Below are positions 56,601-64,000 of a stretch of 64,000 bases of DNA, one piece after another (the first letter of the stretch is position 1; every line of letters begins with the position of its first letter). The notes below the pieces were generated by a model, which made no database searches, was not told where the DNA came from, and worked only from the letters and a program-made list of their open reading frames with translations. Source of the DNA: a virus. The DNA lies in IMG/VR virus record IMGVR_UViG_3300042197_004918, positions 32,001 through 96,000 of that record; one strand, written 5' to 3'. The position numbers and the translations under genes are program-made.

Positions 56601-59436
56601 TTTCTCTCACGCTGAAGGCGGCGCCACGGTCGCAAGTGGTCAACAGAGTCACGCTGAGGGTGGAGTAACTATGGCTTCGGGACACTCGTCTCATGCTGAG
56701 GGAACCAATACAAGTGCTAGTGCTGATTATGCTCACTCTGAGGGGTCTTTCACGAAGGCCACTGCTGATTATGCTCACTCTGAGGGAAATTTAACATTGG
56801 CTACGGCTGCTGGTGCTCACGCCGAAGGATGGGAAACCTTAGCTAACGCATTATACTCCCACGCCGAGGGGTATCATTGCACCGCATCTGGACAAACATC
56901 CCATGCTGAGGGTCAATCGACCACTGCTGCCGGTTTAGGCGACCATGCCGAGGGATTGTTCACAAGAGCTGAAGGCGGAACATCGCACGCCGAGGGATAT
57001 GGAACATTAGCTTTGGGTGGAAGAGCGCACTCTGAGGGTTATTTCTCCACCGCAAGTGGTGATTATTCTCACGCTGAAGGTTACTTTGGACGTGCTGGGG
57101 GAGAATCTTCTCACGCTGAAGGATACTACTCAAGTGCAAGTGGATGGTTCGCTCACGCGGAAGGAAACAGCACGACGTCCTCCGGTCAGGGGTCACATTC
57201 CGAAGGTGAAGGAACTATTGCTTCAAACACGAGTGCCCACGCAGAAGGTTATCATACTATAGCAAGTTCGGCAGTTGCTCATGCCGAAGGAAACAGAACC
57301 ACCGCATCTGGAGTCGGTTCTCATTCTGAGGGTGATACAACCGTCGCTTCGGGAAATTATTCTCACGCTGAGGGATATGGTTCCACATCCACTGGGTTGT
57401 TGGCTCACGCTGAAGGTGTATTAACCCTTGCATCTGACGTCGGTGCCCACGCTGAAGGAAGATACACGACAGCATCTGCTGAATATGCTCACTCAGAGGG
57501 AACCTGTAGTAGAGCCATCACAAGTTACTCCCACGCAGAAGGATTTTTCTCTCAGACGTTCGGATCGGGATCACACGCTGAAGGACATTATACCAGAACG
57601 CACGGAAAATGGTCCCACGCTGAAGGAAGTAATAATACTTCAAGCGGAGATTATTCTCACGCTGAAGGGTTTAACTCTCAGGCATTTGGAACGGGTTCCC
57701 ACGCCGAGGGTTATTACGCCGTCGCTTCTGGTTCAAGTGCTCACGCTGAAGGTGGAAACTGTTACGCATTTGGAAACTATTCTCACGCTGAAGGCGACCT
57801 TGCCATGGCAATCGGTGTTTCATCTCACGCTGAAGGATATAACTGCACGACGTCTGGTTCATATTCCCACGCCGAGGGTCAATACACGAATGCTATCGGA
57901 ATATACTCACACACAGAGGGTTCTGCCACAAGAACTTCCGCTGGAGCTCTTTATGCTCACGCTGAAGGAGCTACTACACTGGCCAGCGGAAGTTATTCCC
58001 ACGCTGAGGGTGTAAACACTGTGGCTAATGCACCATATTCTCACGTCGAGGGTGGTCAGACAAAAACCATCGGAACCGGTTCTCACGCTGAAGGATATTA
58101 TACCACAGCGAGCGCTAATTACTCTCACGTCGAGGGTGATGCTACAATTACATACGGATTGTATTCTCACGCTGAAGGATATAACACGGTTGCTAGTGCA
58201 AGTTACTCTCACGCTGAAGGAGGTCTTGCCCACGCAAGCGGATTGTATTCTCATGCTGAAGGATCTTACACCTCAGCAAGTAATTATGCGGCCCACGCTG
58301 AAGGATACCTAACTCTCGCCAGCGGACAACAGAGTCACGCAGAAGGTGCACAGACCTTGGCATCGGGAAATGGTTCTCATGCTGAGGGACAACACACCAC
58401 TGCGAGCGCCCACTACCAACACGTTTCCGGTAAATACAACGTGGCGAGCGCCAATGCCGACGACCTATTCATGATCGGTGCAGGAACAGCACACACTCTC
58501 CGTTCTAACATAGTGTTGGTAAATCGTAAGGGTGTATATATAAACAACGGCGGGTATGTGTCTGGAAGCGGATTCAATACTGTCTCACAGAGTTCGTTGT
58601 GTATCAATACCACAGAACCTTACGCCGACCGTGAATTTTGGAGTGCTTCACTATCAGTTGCTGGTGGAATGATTATCAAAAACGGTATATTACTTGTTAC
58701 CGGTTCCGAGGCCAACGGTGGAGGAAATGATGCGGGGTCGATATTTGTTAAAGGCTGCGGGTCTGCTCCATTCTTGACTTTGGCCTCAAAACAGGATGGA
58801 CCTACGGACACCCAGAGATACGGTTTGGTTCAGTCTTCCGGAAAACGTCTCTGGCTCGCTGCCGGAACATCTCCCGGAATCCTTTGTATAGGAAATGACG
58901 ACGAGGATAACGCGGTGTCGATAGGAACCACTCCGATTAGTTCGTATACTCTTAATGTGGGTCCTGGAACAGGAACATATTCGATACTCGCACAGGGTGG
59001 TATATCTTCCAGTGGAAATATTTATTTACAGGGAAACATAGATGCGTTATCAGGTGTCACTTCGAGTGTCACTTCGAGAGTAGGATTCTCTGGGTATATG
59101 CCTGCTGAGTTTATGGTTGCTGTATCCGATGAAATAAGCAACTTGGCTTCGGGAAGCAATAAACTACGATTCATATTCCCATATGCTATGACGGGTTCAT
59201 CATTGACCGCATATGTTCACACCGCTCCAGAGGGTGCTTTCATAACCTCAAGCGTTAGACTTGCTGGGGGAATAACGATAAGTGCTTCCATAAGCGGTTC
59301 GATGTTGTCTGGTTCCGATGACCAAGAGTATTTTATCGAAAAATACCAAGAGTTGTCGGTGGACGTAGAACAGGTCGGCTCGGTTACAGCCGGTGTGGGA
59401 CTCAAACTTATATTCAATGGAATTCGCAAGGTATGA
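53617..59436 (+). CDS. large tail fibre/adhesin: pectate-lyase-like beta-helix (depolymerase-like) plus 56 HAEG repeats
   Basis: YGAVGDGTTDD..AF beta-helix start; 14-aa repeat array; C-terminal LSVDVEQVGS..AG.GLKL domain. Confidence 0.8.
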   Translation: MANEFKVKHGLIVHGNTAVTGSLTTTGVISAISFRLSGSSAGTPEMYGAVGDGTTDDFLAFKHALISHSVVELGAKTYAVRGYIGMPSHRSLIGKGKDRTVIKLMNNSPYGYGSSVYVIQNTVLQDTVNWTGSVVGTTDNTGSVLLDYRDTTVRDQSPSSPFYQQTQSQPFAGLGYWQYDTSIQSIGGRRDILIEGLTVDCNFDRQARHASYNHSDNPYSASRVTGGTYYIPQYANRVRSTVHAIVLNGENIILKDVKAVNYGYGCDAAANGPLNYADSTTIPPYNENFPLLVNADNSALNYTSSDYDIGSDSAGLSRWRGNYAIGCEVLAPGSTDLLNPFSNATAIYVTNQSVNTSTGRSSFSSEGGIFDSIVDPGERIKAPSASLWSGSYLDGFKSSSLKQTAASLAEWLYTAQGSLTGSNNDIALSYGSPAGAVTVHMKKISGSWYPVGNGYSVQEHYVQGFSGYRMSRCLARNLEIGFYLDSWRNNAFLDNNQMVDVTSGFRYVVSDIGLTSSYKNVVIKDNYIKLSAHERPYDAQGHGVINYAVDLSNGSGSMLRHIDNLVIEDNVFELPISSSTNTYGLGNTTFRNYPRYVGFYLQHDVTPSGSLPRTHRAASIKNNKFFNWNPLKSATTSAGELYGYNLPFYFAFTTGSMGMDAADPAAGPYPLSVEKFKREVLPNWIISDNTYSDSDYPSTSSIVPITIQITGTGTNYFYPIDQVNRFAGVTANSITSTTASIRVLNATGSLQGSSSFATTASYVLTSSHAVTSSYSVNAGTAATVTTNALTGSSLMLTDHLNNGASNVIAAGASFSHAEGFYTRVEGFAAHAEGFQTSGSGQYSHAEGGYTRASADYSHAEGGTTIASAQSSHAEGDTTHAAGFGSHAEGYITRAGSSGAHSEGYATSASATYSHAEGSFTRTLASWAHAEGSYTTASGIGAHAEGSSSYASGSYSHAEGGSTRTAADYSHAEGSSTSASAEAAHAEGFMTKATGLFSHAEGGATVASGQQSHAEGGVTMASGHSSHAEGTNTSASADYAHSEGSFTKATADYAHSEGNLTLATAAGAHAEGWETLANALYSHAEGYHCTASGQTSHAEGQSTTAAGLGDHAEGLFTRAEGGTSHAEGYGTLALGGRAHSEGYFSTASGDYSHAEGYFGRAGGESSHAEGYYSSASGWFAHAEGNSTTSSGQGSHSEGEGTIASNTSAHAEGYHTIASSAVAHAEGNRTTASGVGSHSEGDTTVASGNYSHAEGYGSTSTGLLAHAEGVLTLASDVGAHAEGRYTTASAEYAHSEGTCSRAITSYSHAEGFFSQTFGSGSHAEGHYTRTHGKWSHAEGSNNTSSGDYSHAEGFNSQAFGTGSHAEGYYAVASGSSAHAEGGNCYAFGNYSHAEGDLAMAIGVSSHAEGYNCTTSGSYSHAEGQYTNAIGIYSHTEGSATRTSAGALYAHAEGATTLASGSYSHAEGVNTVANAPYSHVEGGQTKTIGTGSHAEGYYTTASANYSHVEGDATITYGLYSHAEGYNTVASASYSHAEGGLAHASGLYSHAEGSYTSASNYAAHAEGYLTLASGQQSHAEGAQTLASGNGSHAEGQHTTASAHYQHVSGKYNVASANADDLFMIGAGTAHTLRSNIVLVNRKGVYINNGGYVSGSGFNTVSQSSLCINTTEPYADREFWSASLSVAGGMIIKNGILLVTGSEANGGGNDAGSIFVKGCGSAPFLTLASKQDGPTDTQRYGLVQSSGKRLWLAAGTSPGILCIGNDDEDNAVSIGTTPISSYTLNVGPGTGTYSILAQGGISSSGNIYLQGNIDALSGVTSSVTSRVGFSGYMPAEFMVAVSDEISNLASGSNKLRFIFPYAMTGSSLTAYVHTAPEGAFITSSVRLAGGITISASISGSMLSGSDDQEYFIEKYQELSVDVEQVGSVTAGVGLKLIFNGIRKV
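56062..58389 (+). repeat. coding tandem repeat, 42-bp period, 56 units
   Basis: First and last His codons 2316 bp apart = 55 x 42 + 6 (one 2-codon insertion); synonymous divergence between units. Confidence 0.9.
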
Positions 59437-60134
59437 TACTGCTAAGTCCTTTACAAAGTTATCCATTAAGCCAGACTAATCTGTTGAAGGTATTTGTCTT
59501 GTTTAATGGAAAAAATAACACGGATTTTTTAACAAATGGAGTCGGTGTATACGGTTATAGCGCGGATTACAGTTCGTCGCTCATACCATCACAGATAATA
59601 ACATCCGTCGTCGAAGATTCTACGGCCACACTGATTAATGGTTCCGGTCCGACATATAACAGAACCAGAGTTGTAAGTGGTCTGGTGACCGGGTATAACG
59701 ATGTATACAATAACTCATCGAGTCTGACCATGAGCATCGGAGCCAATGCGGGATTGTATGGGTATGTAGGTGGTCCTTATAGTCCAGGAATAATGTGTTC
59801 GACGTATCAATATTTATACGGAGCGCCAACATACATAACCATGTCTGGATTGAACGTGGGAACATATGATTTATACCTTTACGCGGTCGTAGACGACGAC
59901 GGAAGTAATCAATATAGCAAATTTACTTTACAAACTGGATCGGGGATAGAAAAATCTACATCGAACGTTGCCAGTCTAGGAAACGGAGATTTTCCGGTAT
60001 TTGTTGAAAACAACTCATACGTAAAATTTTCAAACCATTACACTTCCGATGGAATTATACGAGTGGCGTGGGCAATCGCAGATGGGGCGGATTATGGACC
60101 AATAAACGGAATACAGATTGTCCAAACTAAATAA
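59433..60134 (+). CDS. beta-sandwich putative carbohydrate-binding virion protein
   Basis: SGLNVGTYDLYLY, NSYVKF and INGIQIV motifs; follows the fibre gene. Confidence 0.55.
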   Translation: MILLSPLQSYPLSQTNLLKVFVLFNGKNNTDFLTNGVGVYGYSADYSSSLIPSQIITSVVEDSTATLINGSGPTYNRTRVVSGLVTGYNDVYNNSSSLTMSIGANAGLYGYVGGPYSPGIMCSTYQYLYGAPTYITMSGLNVGTYDLYLYAVVDDDGSNQYSKFTLQTGSGIEKSTSNVASLGNGDFPVFVENNSYVKFSNHYTSDGIIRVAWAIADGADYGPINGIQIVQTK

Positions 60135-60136
60135 GT

Positions 60137-60301
60137 TTAACTGGAAAACTTTTTTAGAAGATTAGAGAAAAACTTTGTCAATCCACGTTCGGTCAATCGA
60201 ATCCGCTTAGTCTCTTGTTTGTAAAAATTGAGCGTAGTTTCGGTCAACTCTACTTTTTCGGTTTCCCCTGTCGTATTTACAAGCGTGATTGTTTTCTTCA
60301 T
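60137..60301 (-). CDS. small hypothetical protein
   Basis: 54-aa ORF from ATG 60301. Confidence 0.5.
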   Translation of the reverse strand: MKKTITLVNTTGETEKVELTETTLNFYKQETKRIRLTERGLTKFFSNLLKKFSS

Positions 60302-60303
60302 AT

Positions 60304-60346
60304 AAAAGGTTTCTCCCAAAGGGAGTTAACCCTTCGGGAGAAATTT
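60304..60346 (-). terminator. hairpin/terminator after HNH gene
   Basis: tttctcccgaaggg-ttaact-ccctttgggagaaa followed by ccTTTT on the - strand. Confidence 0.65.
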
Positions 60347-60349
60347 GTT

Positions 60350-61003
60350 CTAATTCGTTCCACTCGCTTCGAGGAAGTGCTTCCAGTCAGCGTGCTTCGC
60401 CTCGGTGATTAAGTCACAGACTCGGACCGGTCCAGGAGCGATAGGCTTCCGAATCAACTTCAATCCGACTTCCTCATTCAACTTGTTTCCCTTACGGGTG
60501 TTGATTTCTCTGGAAGTAACCACCATGTTTGTCCACGTGTCCTTACCACCCCTGCTCGACGGGACAATATGGTCAATGTTTGCCTCATTCTTATTCAAAG
60601 GCTTTCCGGTGTATTGGTCAATACCACCGTCACGTCTCCAAAGAGCTTCCTTTGTAGGCTTGCCTCTGAACATTCTGACAGGCATCTTGGTGTAATTCGT
60701 TGCAACCACGACTGTAGGAACTCGGATTTCACTCTGAGCACTATTGATAGTTACATCCCAAGAACGGATTGGGAGTTTGACCCACTCATCCCACGTTAAA
60801 GGGATTATTTGAGTTGGCTTGTCAAAGTCCGGGTTTCCATCGACATCAACCTCGTAGTGAATATCCAAAGCAACCGAAGACGGTTCCGTTTCAAAGGATG
60901 CTCCACAGAGCTGAATGATTGTATCCTTGACGGTTTTGTAACCAACAACCTTCCAGTTGCGGTTAAGACTCAAACAGATTAACTTTTGTGCGATGTTGCT
61001 CAT
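60350..61003 (-). CDS. HNH endonuclease family protein (zinc-less)
   Basis: RRDGGIDQYTG, IDHIVPSSRGGKDTWTNMV, IN..KGNK. Confidence 0.85.
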   Translation of the reverse strand: MSNIAQKLICLSLNRNWKVVGYKTVKDTIIQLCGASFETEPSSVALDIHYEVDVDGNPDFDKPTQIIPLTWDEWVKLPIRSWDVTINSAQSEIRVPTVVVATNYTKMPVRMFRGKPTKEALWRRDGGIDQYTGKPLNKNEANIDHIVPSSRGGKDTWTNMVVTSREINTRKGNKLNEEVGLKLIRKPIAPGPVRVCDLITEAKHADWKHFLEASGTN

Positions 61004-61013
61004 AACAGTATTA

Positions 61014-61042
61014 AATATACACGGACTTATGAAAAAAGTCAA
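61014..61042 (-). promoter_or_regulatory. sigma70-type promoter
   Basis: TTGACT-17 bp-TATATT. Confidence 0.65.
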
Positions 61043-61088
61043 CGACTTTTTTTACATCTACGGAAATCTGTAGAATGTGGGGAATTAT

Positions 61089-61733
61089 CTATATGATTTC
61101 GTCAATCAATCCCAATTTGAGACACTCCTCGGGGGACAAACAGAGGTCGTGCTTGAGGAGTTCGTTCAACTCTTTTTCTTTGAATTTGGTATGTTTGAGG
61201 TAGATTTTTTTAATCATCGACATAACCAACTCCAAATTCTTCATTTCGTCTTCAAATTGTGCAAAATTTCCCCACATAGCGCTCGAACACTGATGGATAA
61301 GCATATTAGCGTTTTTACGCATATATCTGCGACGGCCAACGACACTCAAAAGTGTTGCAGCAGAGGCGGCAATGCCCTCTACATAAGTATCCACTGGAAT
61401 TTTGCTTGAGAGAATCCTATCCACAGCGGTAAAACCGCTATAAATCTCTCCGCCTTCACTCGAAATATACAATTCTATCGGAGGAACGACCGGTATATTG
61501 TATTGAATTTGAACAAGCCTTAATTGTTTCTCAACTTCCACCATCTGTCGGTTTAAGTTGTAAATACTTTCTCGGGTAACATCGCTATAGAAAAACAATT
61601 GATTGGTCTGACTAGAAAAATTCCCCAAATCTCTTTGGGGTTTTGATTCGTCACCTTCATCAGCTGAGATTGATAGGGAATACCGTGGGGTTCTTTGAGG
61701 TGATTTCATAGTAATAGGAACATAACCTTTCAT
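61089..61733 (-). CDS. clpP: ClpP-like serine protease
   Basis: ISSEGG, GIAASAAT (catalytic Ser), MLIHQ, LGLIDEI. Confidence 0.85.
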   Translation of the reverse strand: MKGYVPITMKSPQRTPRYSLSISADEGDESKPQRDLGNFSSQTNQLFFYSDVTRESIYNLNRQMVEVEKQLRLVQIQYNIPVVPPIELYISSEGGEIYSGFTAVDRILSSKIPVDTYVEGIAASAATLLSVVGRRRYMRKNANMLIHQCSSAMWGNFAQFEDEMKNLELVMSMIKKIYLKHTKFKEKELNELLKHDLCLSPEECLKLGLIDEII

Positions 61734-61781
61734 GCTATTCATAAATATCAAACGGTCAGAACAAAGTATGATTTTTGATTA

Positions 61782-62246
61782 TTAAACTAAGATGACTTCA
61801 TCGAACCCTTCCGACGTAGATGGACGCACGTATTTGGAAATCATCTTATCAATCACAAACTCGGGAACTTCTCTTCCGCCGGCGGCTTTTCTTTTGGCTT
61901 GATTTTTCATCAAGGTGTTCTTATCACGTTCGAGAACATACGCCACAACTTTAGCGGAATATCTCTTCGCCGTGAGAATATAATCCTTACGTTCACGCGG
62001 ATTAAGGCTCGTCGCATCAACCATAACGTCTTTACCTGCTGCCAAGTCCCGATTTAAGTTGTATTTGATTGTAGAAAATACTTGAGCCGTCACCGACTGG
62101 TCGGTTTCATCCCTACCGAGAATCCCCCTAAGTTTGTCGCTGCTGTGGACAATGACGTTGGGATGAGACTTCAGAAAATTTTCAATAAATGTGGATTTTC
62201 CTGCGCCTGAAATTCCAACCATGACATATAGTGTGTTCAGATTCAT
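61782..62246 (-). CDS. polynucleotide-kinase-like P-loop kinase (AAA_33)
   Basis: GISGAGKST, SSDKLR, VDAT, REVPEFVI, EGFDE. Confidence 0.8.
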   Translation of the reverse strand: MNLNTLYVMVGISGAGKSTFIENFLKSHPNVIVHSSDKLRGILGRDETDQSVTAQVFSTIKYNLNRDLAAGKDVMVDATSLNPRERKDYILTAKRYSAKVVAYVLERDKNTLMKNQAKRKAAGGREVPEFVIDKMISKYVRPSTSEGFDEVILV

Positions 62247-62647
62247 AATAGTTCGTATGCTCTCTTAAAGTTTTCGATATAAGACTCGATATTTGTCTTT
62301 CCAATCGGATTCATACTGTGACATACGTAACCAGGAAAAGTCAAACCGTTTTTCATACAGTAATCTACTGCCCACTTAGCACAATGATATCCAGTCTTCT
62401 CTTTGAACGAATCGTAAAGTTGGTTGTAATCCCGTGGGTTATCGCTATACATGGCCGGATGGTATTGGTCCGGTCCGAGGTCGTGGTCAAATGAAATGAA
62501 TTCGGGCATTCCACAACTCTCAATTTTTGAAACAAATTGGTCGTAACTTCTGACAATTTCCCAAGGAACCAGAGGCAGATTTACCCAAGTGACGGCTTTT
62601 GGAATCCGAATGTCATCCAAAAATAAGTAGTAAAGTTTTTTATCCAT
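62243..62647 (-). CDS. cyclic-phosphate-processing receiver-domain protein
   Basis: LFLDDIR.P, ISFDHDLG, TGY.CAKW, HSMNP.G. Confidence 0.8.
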   Translation of the reverse strand: MDKKLYYLFLDDIRIPKAVTWVNLPLVPWEIVRSYDQFVSKIESCGMPEFISFDHDLGPDQYHPAMYSDNPRDYNQLYDSFKEKTGYHCAKWAVDYCMKNGLTFPGYVCHSMNPIGKTNIESYIENFKRAYELL

Positions 62648-62656
62648 TCACCTATC

Positions 62657-62684
62657 AATGTAACACGGATATTCGAGGTGTCAA
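62657..62684 (-). promoter_or_regulatory. sigma70-type promoter
   Basis: TTGACA-16 bp-TACATT with TGn. Confidence 0.7.
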
Positions 62685-64000
62685 TTAACAAAAACCATCT
62701 CGTTGCTTAATATAAGAATGTGAGTGTATCTTTCCCAACTATTAAGCTCTCTGTCAGATTTTTTAAGAGGTCCTTTGAAGTCTAACTTTGAATCCCAGGT
62801 TACAGGGGTGAGTGAATCTGCGTCTTTGACCTCGGATACCTTTACTGCCAGTGTGTAATCTTTATTAATATTGGTTTCGTTAGACATAACGAACTCCAAT
62901 TTATCGTTTACAGCAAGAGTGACGTTGAAATTGAAAGGAACCTCCGTTGTTGGGTTTATCGAAACCTTGTTTTGAAAGACGCCATTTTTATAAACCAACA
63001 GTTGTGAGGATTCTCCAACGCGACCTTTCGCTCCAACTGACCCTGAAACTGTGAACGAACCGTTTCTAGGAGAAATCCACTGTCTCACTGATTTTATGGA
63101 TGGGTTTTTCGACAACGTTCCACCATTTCTGGTCACTGTTACCCCTTTGAAGAAGTCGTTGGTTGAACCATAGACCTCTTTATCAAACTTTTGAAACTCG
63201 AAGAACGAGGAAGAACTTCTGGCATCGGAAACACGATACCCATATCTCCAATTGTATTCTTTTTTCACGTCCGACATATCCTCTTTCATTGCACTTTCGA
63301 TGTATCGGATTCCGATTTTAATCTCCAAGTCAGATGGTTCACGTTGAAAGCAGATTCTATACAAAGTCCTGATTCTCTCTTCCTCGGTTATAATACGGGT
63401 GAACTCTGGTCGAGTGACCATGTTTCTTACCTGTTCTATCACCATCGCATTGTTCATTAAAAACAATGCCTGTTTTGGAACGGTTGTCTGGAACCTTTTT
63501 CCTGTGGTCATTTCCGGGGTGGCAAAGTCAAACGTGGTAAAAACCTCCGGTAGGCGACCTCTATCAACCAAACCGTAAACGGTTCTTCTCGTGGAATACT
63601 CCCCACCATTGGCGGCAACAAGATTAACACCCTGTCCTCCCATGTTAGTATCCAATTTTCCTCCAAGGAATAGAATCGTGTCTCTAAGAGTCTCGAAATC
63701 CAATCGAGTGTTGTTCATCTTCCAATAAAGCCTGTTGTAAGGGTCAACCAACGATTTCTTTCCGTCACCATTCGATACTTGCCGGTAAGTCGAAGAAGAC
63801 ATGATAAGACGGTGCATATCCTTAACCGACCAACCGCTCTTTATAAATCTATCCGCAAGGTAGTTCAGAAGGTCGTAGTGAATTGGCTGTGGAGTGTTTA
63901 TTCCGAAGTCATCTACTGACGTTACCAATCCTTCACCGAAATGAAACTGCCATATTCTATTGACGATGACACGCGGAGTCAGTGGGTTCAACGGGTGAGC
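62681..64000 (-). CDS. DUF1553 (PSD1) domain protein, 5'-truncated by window end
   Basis: NPLTPRVIVNRIWQFHFGEGLV..VDDFG, GWSVK.MHRLIM.SSTYRQ, RLDFE.LRD, RRTVY, FDFA.P, TTVP.QALFLMN. Confidence 0.9.
   Translation of the reverse strand, partial: AHPLNPLTPRVIVNRIWQFHFGEGLVTSVDDFGINTPQPIHYDLLNYLADRFIKSGWSVKDMHRLIMSSSTYRQVSNGDGKKSLVDPYNRLYWKMNNTRLDFETLRDTILFLGGKLDTNMGGQGVNLVAANGGEYSTRRTVYGLVDRGRLPEVFTTFDFATPEMTTGKRFQTTVPKQALFLMNNAMVIEQVRNMVTRPEFTRIITEEERIRTLYRICFQREPSDLEIKIGIRYIESAMKEDMSDVKKEYNWRYGYRVSDARSSSSFFEFQKFDKEVYGSTNDFFKGVTVTRNGGTLSKNPSIKSVRQWISPRNGSFTVSGSVGAKGRVGESSQLLVYKNGVFQNKVSINPTTEVPFNFNVTLAVNDKLEFVMSNETNINKDYTLAVKVSEVKDADSLTPVTWDSKLDFKGPLKKSDRELNSWERYTHILILSNEMVFVN

Noticed and set aside
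56062-58389. 42-bp periodic repeat resembling a CRISPR array
   Set aside because: In-frame coding repeat with third-position variation; no invariant repeat/unique spacer structure and no cas operon
1-64000. Stop-codon reassignment (TAG is rare as a stop)
   Set aside because: Genes are full-length and densely tiled under code 11, and TAG terminates the ORF ending at 17946
1-64000. tRNA, rRNA or structured ncRNA genes
   Set aside because: Intergenic gaps are mostly under ~120 bp and explained by promoters or terminators; no cloverleaf recognised (tRNAscan/Infernal not run)

Overview
64 kb segment of a large lytic dsDNA (jumbo/'huge', T4-superfamily-like) bacteriophage genome. It is gene-dense, almost all + strand, uses genetic code 11, and I see no tRNA/rRNA genes, integrase or CRISPR array. 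Contents from start to end: (1) a MoxR-AAA/vWA pair; (2) a DNA-metabolism block with two DUF4338/DruA (Mom-like) proteins, an Apyc1-like MBL phosphodiesterase, a gp62-like clamp-loader subunit, a dNMP kinase and an HTH-tailed glycosyltransferase; (3) a ~21.6 kb cluster of soluble glycosyltransferases and sugar-modifying enzymes with no flippase or polymerase; (4) a T4-like replisome (family B polymerase, amino-MTase, sliding clamp, clamp loader); (5) probable head proteins, a SleB hydrolase, a lipoprotein with C-terminal TM segments, an SF2 helicase and gmd; (6) Ser/Thr-rich fibre genes, one carrying 56 'HAEG' 14-residue repeats; (7) a - strand block with HNH, ClpP, an RNA-repair pair and a truncated DUF1553/PSD1 protein pointing to a PVC-superphylum host. 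The strongest novel candidate is a short acidic-FF terminal peptide shared by the polymerase and five putative DNA-acting proteins, suggesting a sliding-clamp-tethered DNA modification system. Second is a self-contained glycan pathway, probably for virion glycosylation. All family calls come from motif recognition by eye, not from database searches.
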